DNA of 63,243 nucleotides, the filler included, from Sanchytrium tribonematis (lineage: Eukaryota), in NCBI GenBank assembly GCA_018985235.1. It is 9 parts of 9 records of this genome, joined end to end, with 100 filler letters (N's around TTAATTAATTAA, not from the genome) between each part and the next. Parts side by side here need not be neighbours in the genome. Positions count along the whole stretch, not along the records: positions 1 to 25,399 come from JADGIG010000067.1; 8 more parts are not named here. One strand, given 5' to 3'. Of this stretch, positions 1 to 13,079 are shown piece after piece. Each line of letters begins with the position of its first letter. The first letter of the stretch is position 1. A model generated the notes under the pieces. It did not search any database, was not told the origin of the DNA, and worked only from the letters and a program-made list of their open reading frames with translations. Position numbers and translations under genes: made by a program.

Positions 1-388
1 AGACAAATTTACCCGCCTATCAATGTGCTTCCTAGTCTTAGTCGATTAATGAAATCTGCTATTGGAGAAGGTTTTTATCTTTAATTAAGGAATGACTCGG
101 GCAGATCATGGCGATGTTTCAAATCAATTGTATGCCAAATATGCCATCGGTAGAGACGCGGCAGCTATGAAGGCTGTGGTAGGTGAGGAAGCTTTGAATC
201 AAGAAGACAAATTGTCGCTTGAATTCTTGGAGAAATTCGAAAAAACATTTATTGCACAAGGTCCATATGAAAGTAGAACCATCGTAGAAAGTTTGGATTT
301 GGCTTGGTCATTACTAAGAATTTTCCCAAAAGAAATGTTAAATCGTATATCTCCAAAATACTTGGACCAATACTATGCTAGAAAATAA
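1..388 (+). CDS. VMA2: V-type ATPase subunit B, 3' part (join <1..70, 90..388)
   Basis: [44 protein letters not shown] is restored by removing the 19-nt intron 71..89. Confidence 0.97.
71..89 (+). other. 19-nt spliceosomal intron
   Basis: GTTTTTATCTTTAATTAAG; removal restores AIGEGMTR. Confidence 0.95.
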
Positions 389-460
389 AATCTTTGATTG
401 GGCTTTTAAGGATTTTGGAAATTTGAAAACAAAAGGAGACGAAGCATTGTCACGAGTTGA

Positions 461-1308
461 ATGGCTCAATTATTTGAGAATGCAGGCGCTTATTTAAAAA
501 GTTTTGTGAGTGACGACTGGGAGACTTTTAATGAAGGTGGGTGGTTTTTGTCTCCGACTCAGCATTTAATCGAAAATCTGATAGTGCTTCCTGTAAGCAT
601 TATCTGCATATTTATTGGAGTGCAGGTTTACAAATATAGTTCATCAATGTTTCCAGTCACTTATTTAAAGCATACAAACAAATCTGAGAAATTCTTAGCT
701 TTTTTATTGCTTTTCAGTTGGGGTATGTTGTATTTGCACAAATTATGGCGCAATGCAATCCCGTATTTACTACAGCCTTGTCACATGTTGAGCGTAATAA
801 GTGCTCTTGTATTTTTTATGCCTAAAAGATGGACCATCACTCATGTAGCTGCATTGATTGCAATCCATTTACAATGGTAAATTTACACTGATGTAGGACC
901 ACCTTGTTAGCTATTGCAACACCCGATACCGCTGATCATATTTATAGATTTGAAACCTTGAATTTTTGGATTGAACATTATTTATTAGTTGCGGTACCAT
1001 TTTTGATTTTAAGATCGTTTGATTTTTCGAAAGTTCTCGGATACAAAGTATCTGTAGCAGTTTGGGGATTCTTTCTGATGTATCATTACTATATTTTGTT
1101 TCCGATCTCATTAAAAACCACAGCCAATCTAAATTACATACTTAAACCACCTAAAGGACCTTTGGAACTATTTGGAAAATATTACCGGTTTCCCATGCTT
1201 TTATTTACTTTGGGAATAACCGTTACCACTGGGAAATTAGTGATACCTTTCCAGACAAGAATTGTGCAAAAATTTAAAAAAGAATTGAGAAAACAAAAAA
1301 TTCAATAA
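461..1308 (+). CDS. TMEM164-family membrane protein (join 461..876, 897..1308)
   Basis: LLQPCH, NFWIEHYLL and NLNYILKP motifs; multiple TM helices; a 20-nt intron joins the two ORFs in frame. Confidence 0.8.
877..896 (+). other. 20-nt spliceosomal intron
   Basis: GTAAATTTACACTGATGTAG; joins HLQW to TTLLAIATPDT. Confidence 0.88.
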
Positions 1309-1342
1309 ATTTATTATCATTAATGACGTGATTTTTCTTCCA

Positions 1343-4060
1343 TTAGTGCAAATCTCTGGCGTCAATTTTGAACACAGACGAAAATGCAGTCCAACCATAA
1401 GGATAATGAGCCAATTGGCTTAAGGTATTTCTTAGGTAGTGTTCCTCAGATTGCAAAGAATAGCGTTCCTCATCAGTAACCCCTAAATATCCAACTTCAA
1501 ATAAAAGATTTGACCATATTGACTTGGCTGTGGAAGTATTGATTTGCACAACCTGGACTTCGCCAATTTTTCTTTTCAAAATTAATAAAGCAGGATTTGT
1601 CTTTTCATTCTCATCTAGCCCAAAGGTATACATCTTCTTGCTTATACAGTACACCTCTTTTGGAATACGACTAGCCGCTTTGTACCAATCCTCAATATCC
1701 TCCTCCATTCTTAAATGTAAAAAGTAAGTGCTTTGAAATTCGGTGAAATCTGCAGCATAATCCATCTCTTCTTTACCTAATATCATTTGCTGAACTGTAG
1801 AAATAATAGCATATTTTAATGCTAAAGAAACAGGCTTTTCGATAGATCTAACAGTTCTACAGAACTCATCCAAATAATCCGTTACTATATCAAAATCATA
1901 TAATTCAGGCAACCAAAAATCAAGTGCAGATTCTTGATATGATCTCAATTCAATGGAGTATGAGTTGACGATATGATAAAATAAATTTTGATATTCAACT
2001 GGAAATATAAGACCAAGGCTTTTTGTTTTAGATTCAAATTCTGTGCATGGCTTAAAAAGCATTGTTTCTGGCGGCAAATTTTTATAAAATCCCAAATTAA
2101 ACGCAGTTAAATGACCAAAAACCCAAATTAAGGATGCATTGAAATTTTTGAAAAATTTCACCAAGAAATCTCTTGAATTATATCCACTTAACCGAATAAA
2201 GTTCAATTCCATAGTCATCAATTCCAGAGTTCCAATGGGATGAAAGATATTGAATCCTGACCATGAAATAATTTTTTGCTTTTTAATAGTTTCATCAATA
2301 TGAACAATTTCGCGATTATGACAAGATGTGGATTCCAGCTCTAATCCTTTAAATTGGAAAACAGCATATCCATAACCTACTTCAATTGTTTGAACAAAGT
2401 ACGAAAGGTAGTCATTTCTGATCAAAAGACAATTATTTCCTTCACTTCCAATAATTTTATGAATATAATTCTTGTGAATGCTTTGCTTAATAAGATTAGA
2501 GAAATTGGAGTACATGGCAGAGTCCACATTCCGACCGTCCTCATCATCAATGTTCCAGAAAAATTTGGCAGATCTTGAAATATCCAACCAAAAAAACGGA
2601 AGTCCATACAAAGGTGAAAAAGTTGCATCCAAAATTGCAGCTACGATAGCCACAAATAAATTCCATGGTAGTCCAAATATTGAAATCGAGATTGAAAACG
2701 ACTTTCGTTCTTTATCCTTAAAACAGTGAGAGATAAATGCAAATGAAAATCGAATAATATTTCCCAAATTGTCTAATAATCGCTTAAATGCAGGGTATAA
2801 TTCTGAGCAAGCGTATATTAGCGCAGTATCATCATATAAGATTTTAGAGAATCCAAAATAATTAATCAAGTGATAAATGATTAAACTATGAAGTAAGCTA
2901 ATGGGAGTGGTCCAGGATTGCCTAATTACCTTTCCTCCAGCTAAAAACAACAATAGAGCGCTCGTCAAGTTTGATGTGTTACTCGTGTCATTACGCCACG
3001 CAGCTAAACAAAACACTGTAAGAAATGGACTATTTAAATAATAAATCGTATTTGAAATATTTTTGGAAAATATTTTGAGTGAAAGAGGACTCAATCGCAA
3101 AATAAAAATAGCTAGCGTAGGTGCAGCTAATAATAAATCAATTGCTATAAGTACGTAAGTCATGTATTTAAGAATCAAGAAGTTTTGAGTTGAGCTTATA
3201 AAATCCATTACGGGTGATACCATTAATGAAAAGGTTGACAAACTGTAAATAATAAGAATAACAAATGGCGGCTTCAATATCATGTCAATTTTTGGATTGT
3301 AGATATATTGTGTCCAATCCGCGGCCAAAAGTGGAGTAATCAAGCAAATCATAAATAGTCCAAATGACGGGTAAATAAAATTATAAATAGTATAAGCAGC
3401 TGCATTAAGTAATACGGACTTTGAAAATTCTTTAAGTAATTTTAATTTCGAATAACATGCAGATCCTCCAAAAATATGTATTTGAAGTTTTTCCATGAAT
3501 ACAAGCGGAACCAAAGAAACATCAGGCAAAATTCGGAAAAAATAAAGAAATGGCAAGACGCAAAGGCAGTATAACACAGCGTCTGAGATATCAGATTTTA
3601 TAACATCACATATTATAAATAATGAACAAAGAATCCCGTGATAAAAGTTAAAAGAGAATTTGTCAATCATTTGAATTTCTATAATTTCACTTCCTAAAGT
3701 AATCCCATGCAATCCAAAATCAATCATCTTGCTTAGATCTATAAAGTAACCAACAGACAAGGCAATTGCGAATAATGGTGAAACATTTAAATTAATATAA
3801 ACAACTGTCAAGACATTAGTAACCATAAACAATGCGCCCAAAGCATTTGAATGCTTTGTTTCTAAAAATTCATTTCCGTCTGTCTCCTCTTGCATGGCCA
3901 TAAAATAACGCATTAAAATTATGCTGATCGCCAAATTTGCTGCCATTATTATACCAATTTGATATGCTTCCTTTAAATATGGTTGTAGAAAACACGTTAA
4001 AAACGTGATTAAAGATATAACAAAATTACCAATGACAAGCTGTACCATTGTGGCTTTCAC
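1343..4060 (-). CDS. Pecanex-like (PCNX4-type) multipass membrane protein; first ATG at 4048
   Basis: TM-rich N-half; FKGLELESTSCH and DEERYSLQ..YLRNTLSQLAHYPYGW match the pecanex C-terminal domain. Confidence 0.8.
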   Translation of the reverse strand: MKATMVQLVIGNFVISLITFLTCFLQPYLKEAYQIGIIMAANLAISIILMRYFMAMQEETDGNEFLETKHSNALGALFMVTNVLTVVYINLNVSPLFAIALSVGYFIDLSKMIDFGLHGITLGSEIIEIQMIDKFSFNFYHGILCSLFIICDVIKSDISDAVLYCLCVLPFLYFFRILPDVSLVPLVFMEKLQIHIFGGSACYSKLKLLKEFSKSVLLNAAAYTIYNFIYPSFGLFMICLITPLLAADWTQYIYNPKIDMILKPPFVILIIYSLSTFSLMVSPVMDFISSTQNFLILKYMTYVLIAIDLLLAAPTLAIFILRLSPLSLKIFSKNISNTIYYLNSPFLTVFCLAAWRNDTSNTSNLTSALLLFLAGGKVIRQSWTTPISLLHSLIIYHLINYFGFSKILYDDTALIYACSELYPAFKRLLDNLGNIIRFSFAFISHCFKDKERKSFSISISIFGLPWNLFVAIVAAILDATFSPLYGLPFFWLDISRSAKFFWNIDDEDGRNVDSAMYSNFSNLIKQSIHKNYIHKIIGSEGNNCLLIRNDYLSYFVQTIEVGYGYAVFQFKGLELESTSCHNREIVHIDETIKKQKIISWSGFNIFHPIGTLELMTMELNFIRLSGYNSRDFLVKFFKNFNASLIWVFGHLTAFNLGFYKNLPPETMLFKPCTEFESKTKSLGLIFPVEYQNLFYHIVNSYSIELRSYQESALDFWLPELYDFDIVTDYLDEFCRTVRSIEKPVSLALKYAIISTVQQMILGKEEMDYAADFTEFQSTYFLHLRMEEDIEDWYKAASRIPKEVYCISKKMYTFGLDENEKTNPALLILKRKIGEVQVVQINTSTAKSIWSNLLFEVGYLGVTDEERYSLQSEEHYLRNTLSQLAHYPYGWTAFSSVFKIDARDLH

Positions 4061-4148
4061 AAATTTTCATCATATATACAAAGAGTCTTGTATACACTTA
4101 AACATTGACTTGCCAGATGTAACAATGGCCACAAAACGTTTAAACTAG

Positions 4149-5505
<1,357 letters not shown>

Positions 5506-5515
5506 TTCAATAAAT

Positions 5516-5968
5516 TTATTCTAACCTTTTTATCACATGAAGACCAGAATCGGTCTTAACAATACCGCTCATTTCACCAACTGAAAGTGCGAAAGAGGCT
5601 TTTTCAAAAGCTTCTTGCATTTGACCAGCCCCGAAAAATCCCAAGTCACCACCTCTCTTAGCACTACTGCAATCGCTTTCAGTTTTCGCAAGCTCCTCAA
5701 ATTCTTCGCCATTATTCAGCTTTTGTATTATACCTTCCAGTATAGTTTTTGCTTCATCCTCAGTTCTGGTAATATTTGGCTCCTTCCAAGAACTAGGTCT
5801 CCTGGAATCTTTGTGTTTGATTAAAATATGGGCACATTTCACTTGCTTTTCATCTGGTCTTTCCCATTGAGACTTGTTTGTTTTGGTATTATAGTAGTAC
5901 ACTTTTTCCTTTGATTTTGAGTATTTTGCCTCCCAGTTCTTTGGCAAAACAGACATTTCCTTTGGCAT
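5516..5968 (-). CDS. ESS1: Peptidyl-prolyl isomerase Pin1/Ess1 (WW + parvulin)
   Basis: WW domain, [31 protein letters not shown]. Confidence 0.97.
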   Translation of the reverse strand: MPKEMSVLPKNWEAKYSKSKEKVYYYNTKTNKSQWERPDEKQVKCAHILIKHKDSRRPSSWKEPNITRTEDEAKTILEGIIQKLNNGEEFEELAKTESDCSSAKRGGDLGFFGAGQMQEAFEKASFALSVGEMSGIVKTDSGLHVIKRLE

Positions 5969-6012
5969 CTGTTTTATCCCTCAAACAATAATTTTATTAT
6001 TTTTTTAAAATT

Positions 6013-6804
6013 CTATATTTTGATTTTTTCGTCTTCAATATGCTTATTAATTAACTCATAAAATGTAAGCATTATAGCTGCATTAGGTACCGTCCTCATC
6101 AAATGAGCAGTACAGCCAGAATATAAATTTAAATAGCCCTCCTCTCTCACAATTCGCAGAGCGGTGTTTAAGATTCCGCTATATCTGGCATTTTTCTGTC
6201 TTAGCCGAGTTCTTATAACCTCATGAGGGTAAAGAAGTGCACTTGCAATAAGTTTAGAAACACTACCACCGACAAATGGAGAATAGTCCCATCTTTTGAA
6301 TTCTTCATATAAAGCGAATTGTATGGCACCTTCAAAAGTTCCAAAGGTTGATACACCAGCGCCAACGTAAAATGCTCGAAATCCTCTTTCTTTATAAAGT
6401 TCCTTGCAGACTTTCAAAATTGTTTGACTACTGGTTTGTAGCTGTAAGCGTGTTCGAATTGTCCAGAGCGGATTGGTGCAAAAAGTCACTCCAAAACCAG
6501 CAATAGTTGCACTTAATGCGTTTGACTGAATATTGTCGCCTAAATGCGGATGTAAAATAAATTTGCTTCGGTTGTATATATAAAAATAAATTGATTTCGC
6601 AGGTATGACTCCCATAAGTGTTGGTGATAATCCTCGATAAAATCCTGTTAACCCTTCTTTCTTCATAATCTGTTTAGTCATTTGTATAATTCCACCATTA
6701 AATTCGCTTGATTGCATTCTGGTTTTAACTACATCAAAAGGTGCTAAAATGGATGCCGATATTGTTCCAGCGAGTCCACCCGATATCATGTGAGACAATG
6801 ACAT
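6013..6804 (-). CDS. RIM2: Mitochondrial carrier, Rim2/SLC25A33-36 pyrimidine nucleotide carrier-like
   Basis: Three carrier repeats PFDVVKTRMQ, NPLWTIRTRLQ, YPHEVIRTRLRQ; HLMRTVPNAAIM. Confidence 0.8.
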   Translation of the reverse strand: MSLSHMISGGLAGTISASILAPFDVVKTRMQSSEFNGGIIQMTKQIMKKEGLTGFYRGLSPTLMGVIPAKSIYFYIYNRSKFILHPHLGDNIQSNALSATIAGFGVTFCTNPLWTIRTRLQLQTSSQTILKVCKELYKERGFRAFYVGAGVSTFGTFEGAIQFALYEEFKRWDYSPFVGGSVSKLIASALLYPHEVIRTRLRQKNARYSGILNTALRIVREEGYLNLYSGCTAHLMRTVPNAAIMLTFYELINKHIEDEKIKI

Positions 6805-8336
6805 TTGTTTGAAAGGAGATCCTCGAATTTGAAACGTATTTGGGATACTTTTGATAATAAATGGAGCATTTATTTTGTTTGACGTAAATAATTGATTAAT
6901 TTAATCTTGTAGAATGAGCACTCAACGATTGATGTATGATTTAATCCCATCTCCAAGTTTACCGAGGGAACTTGTAATTGAAAAATCACCAAATAAAGCC
7001 CATGCCGAGTTATAAAACATTAACACCTAATAAATCTAATTCTTAATTTATATTGAACTTCAATTAGCTTTTAGTAATCTTCTAATTGATCTTGACAATG
7101 TATAATAAATACCATCTTATAAAGTTTTTACCAATTCAACGATCCCCCTCCAGCTCAATTCCTCAGAGGGGACTTGAGTAAATAATTAAGAAGGTATAAT
7201 TAACTCGCTCCCCCCATATTTTAAAATGTCAAAAAAACAATAAAAGATTACGTACTTCATATATTATTCATTTTACTAGTGAAATCAACGGTTTTCTTTG
7301 CGTCAGCAGTTTCTTCATCTTAATCGAATTGTGCAATTTTAAATTTTTTTGCAGTCATTGAGTATGCTATTTATTTAATAATACATTTACAACACTAAAC
7401 CAAACTAAGCCATTTTCAATAATGGAAAGTGGAGCTTGATCCCAGTGCTCTACAATTCATTTTCTCAAATTACTAATAGGTGGTTTTCTTAATACTTTTG
7501 ACAATTCAGAATTTCCCATAAATTGTTAACTTGTTCAGTATAAAAGTTTCTGATAGACTTTCTGATATTACTCTTTTAAGATCTAATAATTGCCACATCT
7601 GCTACTTGGCAATATCCAGTTGCACCTTTTGAAACATATAAGCATTTGCTAAATATTCACCTTAATATTTTCTGTTCTAGAAGCTCCATGTGCTGAGCAA
7701 TCCAAATAAGCAATGCATTTCAAAATGGTAAAATGTGATTCAGATATTTGATTAATAATAACTGAGTAACCATCCTATTTAAGTATATCCCATAATACAA
7801 TCTTATTTAGCTGCACTTGTTGTTGCATTTACAATAAAAGGTTTAATTTTGGATCCATTTTTCTTATTTGCAATCATAAATGTAGTATTTGTTTTTTCTA
7901 TAAAACCACTAAAAATAGCGACTACATTGCACCTTTTTAACAACAGTTTTTGGCTTCCCAACATTCATCTAAATAGCAATTTCATCCATGAATAAAATAT
8001 TATCGTCCGTATAATTTGCAGATTCTTTTCTAACATCATAAATGTGATGTGCAGCTGAATTTTCTTATTCCATTTTATCTTTTTTAGTGGATTGTGTAGT
8101 TGATCTGTTAATTAATCCATTTCTATTTAACATTGCTTTGTACCAAGATCCATCTAATATATATTCTAATTCTTGGTTCAATTCATTTTTTAATCAATTC
8201 ATAATTAATAATTATTTTGCATTCCATCATAAACTAAATTCTTTCAATAGTAATCTCTTCAATACTTGCGAATTTCATATTATGTCCAAGTGGTACCACT
8301 TTACGCGATTCTCTCCCTTTAAAATTTAAAATGTTT

Positions 8337-8364
8337 AAGTGTCCACAATAAATCTTTTCTGTTT
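8337..8364 (+). repeat. Tc1 terminal inverted repeat (left)
   Basis: AAGTGTCCACAATAAATCTTTTCTGTTT; reverse complement of 9671..9698 with one mismatch. Confidence 0.88.
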
Positions 8365-9670
8365 TGGAATTGAGGGGACAACGGGGAATTTGGGAGAAAT
8401 CAAAAAAAAAGTTGTCCATTAAAAAAAATTTATTAATAAACATAGTTACGGGCTCCTTTAGTCACAATATGCCCGCCATTTACTTTATGTACTTTTAATA
8501 GTCTACCAGGCACACTCAAAATAGTTTTCTTCACCATTTCTGTATTAATCATCGCGAATTCTTCTCTAATCACTCTCTGAATTAAAACAAATTACAAAAT
8601 ATGTATCCCAGTCCTCACTAGTAATTCCAGTATTATACTCAGAGTGCCTGTCATGTACTTATTCCTTTACGAGACTGATCATATTCTCTACAGGATTTAA
8701 GTCAGGACTTTTGGGCGGCCAATTTAAGGTATCTATACCCAATACACCTAGTTGTTCTATTGTGGGATTACTAGAGTGTGCGCTAGCATTGCCATTAGCA
8801 AATTTGAATTGCATGTTGTTTTTCAGCATCGCAGGTCCTAAACGAGCAACCATCAGATCTTTTACTTGTGGCAATATTTGAGTACAAAAAGAGTCTGAAG
8901 TCACACTTTCACCTGGCTCAAATAAATGAATAAATTCAGTTTCAAATTAATAACAATACATAAATACGCCATAACACCTCTAGATCGTTGAATTTCTTGT
9001 GTAAATTACTCTGGGCGTAAATAATCACCCGGTTTGCGTCATACATGTCTTTGACTACCATGATTATTCTTAAATTCAAACCATGCCTCATCTCCAAAAA
9101 TCACATATTTCCAAAAATGAGGTGTGCAACAAATCCAAGCTCGTGCAAATTCCATTTTTTTAATTCTATGCTCTTTTTCTAGTCGCACACCTCGTATCAA
9201 TTTGAAACATTCGATGTTGAGTTTCTTGTGCAAAAAATTTGACAGGGTTCCTTCTCCACAGTCCAAGTCATAATGCCAAATGATATCTAGTAATGTAATT
9301 GCATTATTGTGATGACTCACAAATATACCTATATCTTCAATCAAATCATTGAAAATTAAACAATCACGACCAGGCCTTCTTTTCTATTCAATGCTTTTTG
9401 TCACTAAACAATTTGATAAAGTGTCAACAATTTGGTCATAATTTGGTGAACTGACACAAGATTCAGATATCTTTTCTATATTTATTGCATTTTTCGCAAT
9501 GCCCATTTTAATGATCCATAAATAATATCTAATCTCTTGTATTCATTTGATGTAAATTTGACATTGTCAGTGTCATTTGGTATTTGTTGAAGTAGTTGTA
9601 CAATCTTCTCTTTGAACATTTGTTTCAAGTTAATTCCACGTGGCATCATTTGTTTGAGAAATGATTTTCG

Positions 9671-9698
9671 AAACAGAAAAGATTTATTGTGGTCACTT
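9671..9698 (-). repeat. Tc1 terminal inverted repeat (right)
   Basis: AAACAGAAAAGATTTATTGTGGTCACTT followed by TA. Confidence 0.88.
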
Positions 9699-10834
9699 TA
9701 TGCGCATTTTTTCTACAAGAGCGAATTGTCTTTGGAGTTTTGTTATATTTTCTTGAAATTTCTTTTAAAGATAGCCTTTGAATTGCTAGATCACGTAAAG
9801 CTTTTCTTTTAGTCTTTACCGGTATCTGCTTTTTGTTTGCCATTTGTTTGTTACAAAAAATATTTACTAAAATCTATTCAATTCCCCATTAATTCCCGCG
9901 GTAAATGAATTTCCTCTTTTATAGTAAATAGACTCATTTGTGATTGACTGGAAATCTTTTGTAGGATTTATTGGGCCATTGAAATTTGCAAATTATTTTC
10001 CAGTTTTTTTAACACATTTATACCTGTATAAAGCGAAAATAAAATTTTTTATTTATACTTATAGCGGAAATTCCGTTATATTTAGAAGAGCCGCTTTAAT
10101 TGGTAATAATTTTCTCGTGAATACGGTATTTCCTGCTCGTTCTTAGAACCGACCACGAGCAACGGCTGAATTCTCCTCCTATACGGGATACCATCATCCT
10201 TTCTAGCGTGAATTACAGCACTAAATTTTCCTGAGTGCTTTGCTTCCTCTGCTTCTAGTAAACGTCAGTTTACTAGACTTTCCCTTCTGCTTACATCTTC
10301 CTCTCTTTCCGATAGAGCCTTTGCATCTCTTCTGATAAAACAACAGGTGTTTCTTCTTGTAATTCTTTTGTGTGTTGTTGTTTATTCATAGAAATTGTAT
10401 TTATTGACGGATCTCTAAGTAGAATCTGCTAAGGCTGATTCAATTCCAACGTTTTCCGACCAATCATTTGGCTCTGTTTTCTGACTATTTGCCAAACCCC
10501 CACTAGCAGTGATTGGGTCATCCCTTAAATCCGCAGGTTGAATTCTTTCAACTTGCTTATCTGTCGTCCCTGACTCGCTTTGCGACAAATTTATACTTTA
10601 CTCCCTAGGCAAGTCATATTTTCAGAAAACATAATTTTTTAAAAAAGTAAATTTTTAAGATGAAAATTTGTGATACTTTCAATATGAGTTTTAGCAAAAT
10701 TTACTTCAAATTCGATCATTTCGGAAAATAGCACGCTGTCAAAATACCAGATTTGTCGAAAATTGTCCAGATTTAAAATTTAAATCCAGATCTTCTGAAA
10801 GGGGTATACTTCAATTATATTAAATTTAAATATT

Positions 10835-12970
10835 ATGTTTTCAAAAGTTAAGAAGTTACATAAGTATGAGAATCTGAGAAAATATTTTGCTGCCGAATCT
10901 CAAGAATTTAAATTTAGTCTTCATTTATTGCAAAGAAAATCAAATCCCAGTTACGTGTTCAATCTTAGCGGATCTGTCGTAGCAAGTTCGGACCTAAGGT
11001 CTATAGAACTATTGACTCAATATGGAACAGCTTATTTTGAAATTCTATCTTTTGTTGATGACGAAATTTTTCAAATTGAATCAGCAATTTGGAGTGATGT
11101 CATTTGCATCAGGTCAAGAGAATCTCTGATAGCGTTCAAAATGCGCGATAATAATTTGGTAAAGCTGCCAATAAAGTGCAGCAAGATTTTATTATTTACA
11201 ACTCCATTATCAAATGATAACAATACAACTTTCTGCTTTATTTTTTCCAGTGGGATTTTAAATATTATGAATCTTTCCCTAATGAAATTGTGCTCCTACA
11301 CCTACGAATTTAAAAATGAGGAATGTAAATTTTTGCTGCAAAATCCACGTAATCCTAATCAGCTTTTAATTGGTCTAGAGAGTATTGTTTATTTGTACGA
11401 TGTTTGTAAAATGCATATTTTAACGAAATACTCTATAAGAGATGTTCAGTCTGGGTGTTTTAGTCCGTTGGGAACTCAAATTTGCGTCGCTACATCCACT
11501 GATCTCTTGTTTTTTTCGCGAGAATCAAACGAAGTGAATTTCAATTATGCGACTTTGAATGTTAAATACATTGATTGGTTCATGGATGTCGATGACTATT
11601 TATTTGTGATAAGTAATAACATTTCCATTTACAAATATAAAAATAATTTAGTAAAAATTAGGGAAGTTCAAGGAAATTCCGGGAAGATTTTATTTGATAA
11701 TGCATTTTGGAAAATGGGCCAGCATTATTACCTGATTGATAATAACATTATATCACAGAGATTGATAGAATTTGGTTTAAAGCATGACTTTTCGGGAGTT
11801 CCTCATTTTTTTAATGTATCAAGCAATTTCTTGAAAAAATTGACCGTTGAAAATTTAAATTTACCGTTTGAACTAAATTTAATTGTGGATGAAATTGATA
11901 TGGCATTCCCAGACTTGATTGTTTATCAAAATGAAAAAGGATTATCATTTTACCAATACTTCACATCTAGCGGAATTTTGTCCAAATGCAAAGTCAATTA
12001 TGAAAAAAGGGTGGATCTTTTCACAATTTACAAAGACAATTTAATTATATTTGATAAAGAAATTCAAATTTATAGCCTTGATAATGATAATTGGAATCGT
12101 ATCAAAACATATCCAGTCCAAGCAAGTCCGATTGGGACAACTGAAGAGGCTTTAATTGCATTCTCGTCCAATTTTAAAATAATTTTTTTGTCGGACGTAG
12201 TTTTGGAATACAGTGTTAAAGTTGAAAATATATTCTTCGTTAAACGTGACATCTTCTTGTTTGTGTCAGGAAATAAAACTCAAGTCGTTAAATTTGACAA
12301 CGGTACGTTTAAAGTGATCTACGAAAAAGAATTTGTGGCAAAAAAGTGCGTATTTGTCGAGGCAAGAAACCTAATTTTGTTGCAACTAGATGAACTTATT
12401 TGTATTGAAAAAGATGAAGTTTTTGCAATTAAAAATGATATTTTTGATGGACTGCTTTCACTTCAAGATATTGTCTTTGGCGTCAAGGTGTCTACAATGG
12501 AAATTACCCTGTTTGAGATCTTCGGCTCTAGAAGCAAATCGTTTCCGATTCCATTGAAATCAGAAATCTTTGTGTTTGATGAAAGGATCTACATTTATGG
12601 AGCCTCTTTTCTTTACGTCTTGAGCGAAAAAGATTTCTTCAGAATATCTTGCAACGCGGACATACCAAAACGAAAATTGCCAAAACAAGGACCTTTATCA
12701 TATGTTAAAAGCTTATTTAAATCAGATTTCAGCAGATTTGAGGAGACTGAATTTGAGGAAGATCCGCAATTTTACTATGACTGTCTTGCTGATTTACATA
12801 CTCTATTTTCCAAACAAATGTCTGTCCAAACAAATGAAAATTTGCAGTTTGAGGAGCTCCGAAATGTCCTAGTAGAAAGGGGAGAAAGGCTAGAGGAACT
12901 AAACTCAAAATTTAACGACTTAGAATTGGGAGCCAAAAATCTACTAAAATTAGCTCGAAATTTGAAGTGA
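10835..12970 (+). CDS. Tomosyn/Lgl/Sro7-like beta-propeller protein with C-terminal R-SNARE motif
   Basis: Beta-rich body; C-terminal LVERGERLEELNSKFNDLELGAKNL is synaptobrevin-like. Confidence 0.65.
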   Translation: MFSKVKKLHKYENLRKYFAAESQEFKFSLHLLQRKSNPSYVFNLSGSVVASSDLRSIELLTQYGTAYFEILSFVDDEIFQIESAIWSDVICIRSRESLIAFKMRDNNLVKLPIKCSKILLFTTPLSNDNNTTFCFIFSSGILNIMNLSLMKLCSYTYEFKNEECKFLLQNPRNPNQLLIGLESIVYLYDVCKMHILTKYSIRDVQSGCFSPLGTQICVATSTDLLFFSRESNEVNFNYATLNVKYIDWFMDVDDYLFVISNNISIYKYKNNLVKIREVQGNSGKILFDNAFWKMGQHYYLIDNNIISQRLIEFGLKHDFSGVPHFFNVSSNFLKKLTVENLNLPFELNLIVDEIDMAFPDLIVYQNEKGLSFYQYFTSSGILSKCKVNYEKRVDLFTIYKDNLIIFDKEIQIYSLDNDNWNRIKTYPVQASPIGTTEEALIAFSSNFKIIFLSDVVLEYSVKVENIFFVKRDIFLFVSGNKTQVVKFDNGTFKVIYEKEFVAKKCVFVEARNLILLQLDELICIEKDEVFAIKNDIFDGLLSLQDIVFGVKVSTMEITLFEIFGSRSKSFPIPLKSEIFVFDERIYIYGASFLYVLSEKDFFRISCNADIPKRKLPKQGPLSYVKSLFKSDFSRFEETEFEEDPQFYYDCLADLHTLFSKQMSVQTNENLQFEELRNVLVERGERLEELNSKFNDLELGAKNLLKLARNLK

Positions 12971-13079
12971 TTTAAAGCTTTCGTAGTTTTAATTTAATTA
13001 ATTTCTAATAATTTAACCAGCATCACCTCAAATCTAAGTTAATAAAATAGTTTAAATTTCTATTAGTGAAACAAATTTA

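Larger units (their letters stand above)
8337..9698 (-). mobile_element. Degenerate Tc1/mariner (DDE_3) transposon, 1362 bp, with 28-bp TIRs
   Basis: TIRs 8337..8364 and 9671..9698 match at 27/28; TA at 9699..9700; fragments MPRG, VIFGDEAWF, NGNASAH (QDNA decayed), WPPKSPDLNPVEN. Confidence 0.88.
7400..9843 (-). mobile_element. Degenerate pogo/Tigger-type (CENP-B HTH + DDE_1) transposase pseudogene, interrupted by a Tc1 insertion; ends approximate
   Basis: N-terminal HTH 9843..9700 continues in frame past the insertion (KNAH-NILNFKGRESRK). Fragments SWYKAMLNRNGLINRSTT, NILFMDE, SKGATGYCQVADVAI and KPPISNLRK*IVEHW follow pogo motif order, with many stops and frameshifts. Confidence 0.75.

Noticed and set aside
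7110..10128. Possible outer TIRs of the pogo element (TACCATC..TTACCAATT near 7110 versus TACCGTA..TTACCAATT near 10128)
   Set aside because: Similarity is too weak in AT-rich DNA to call.
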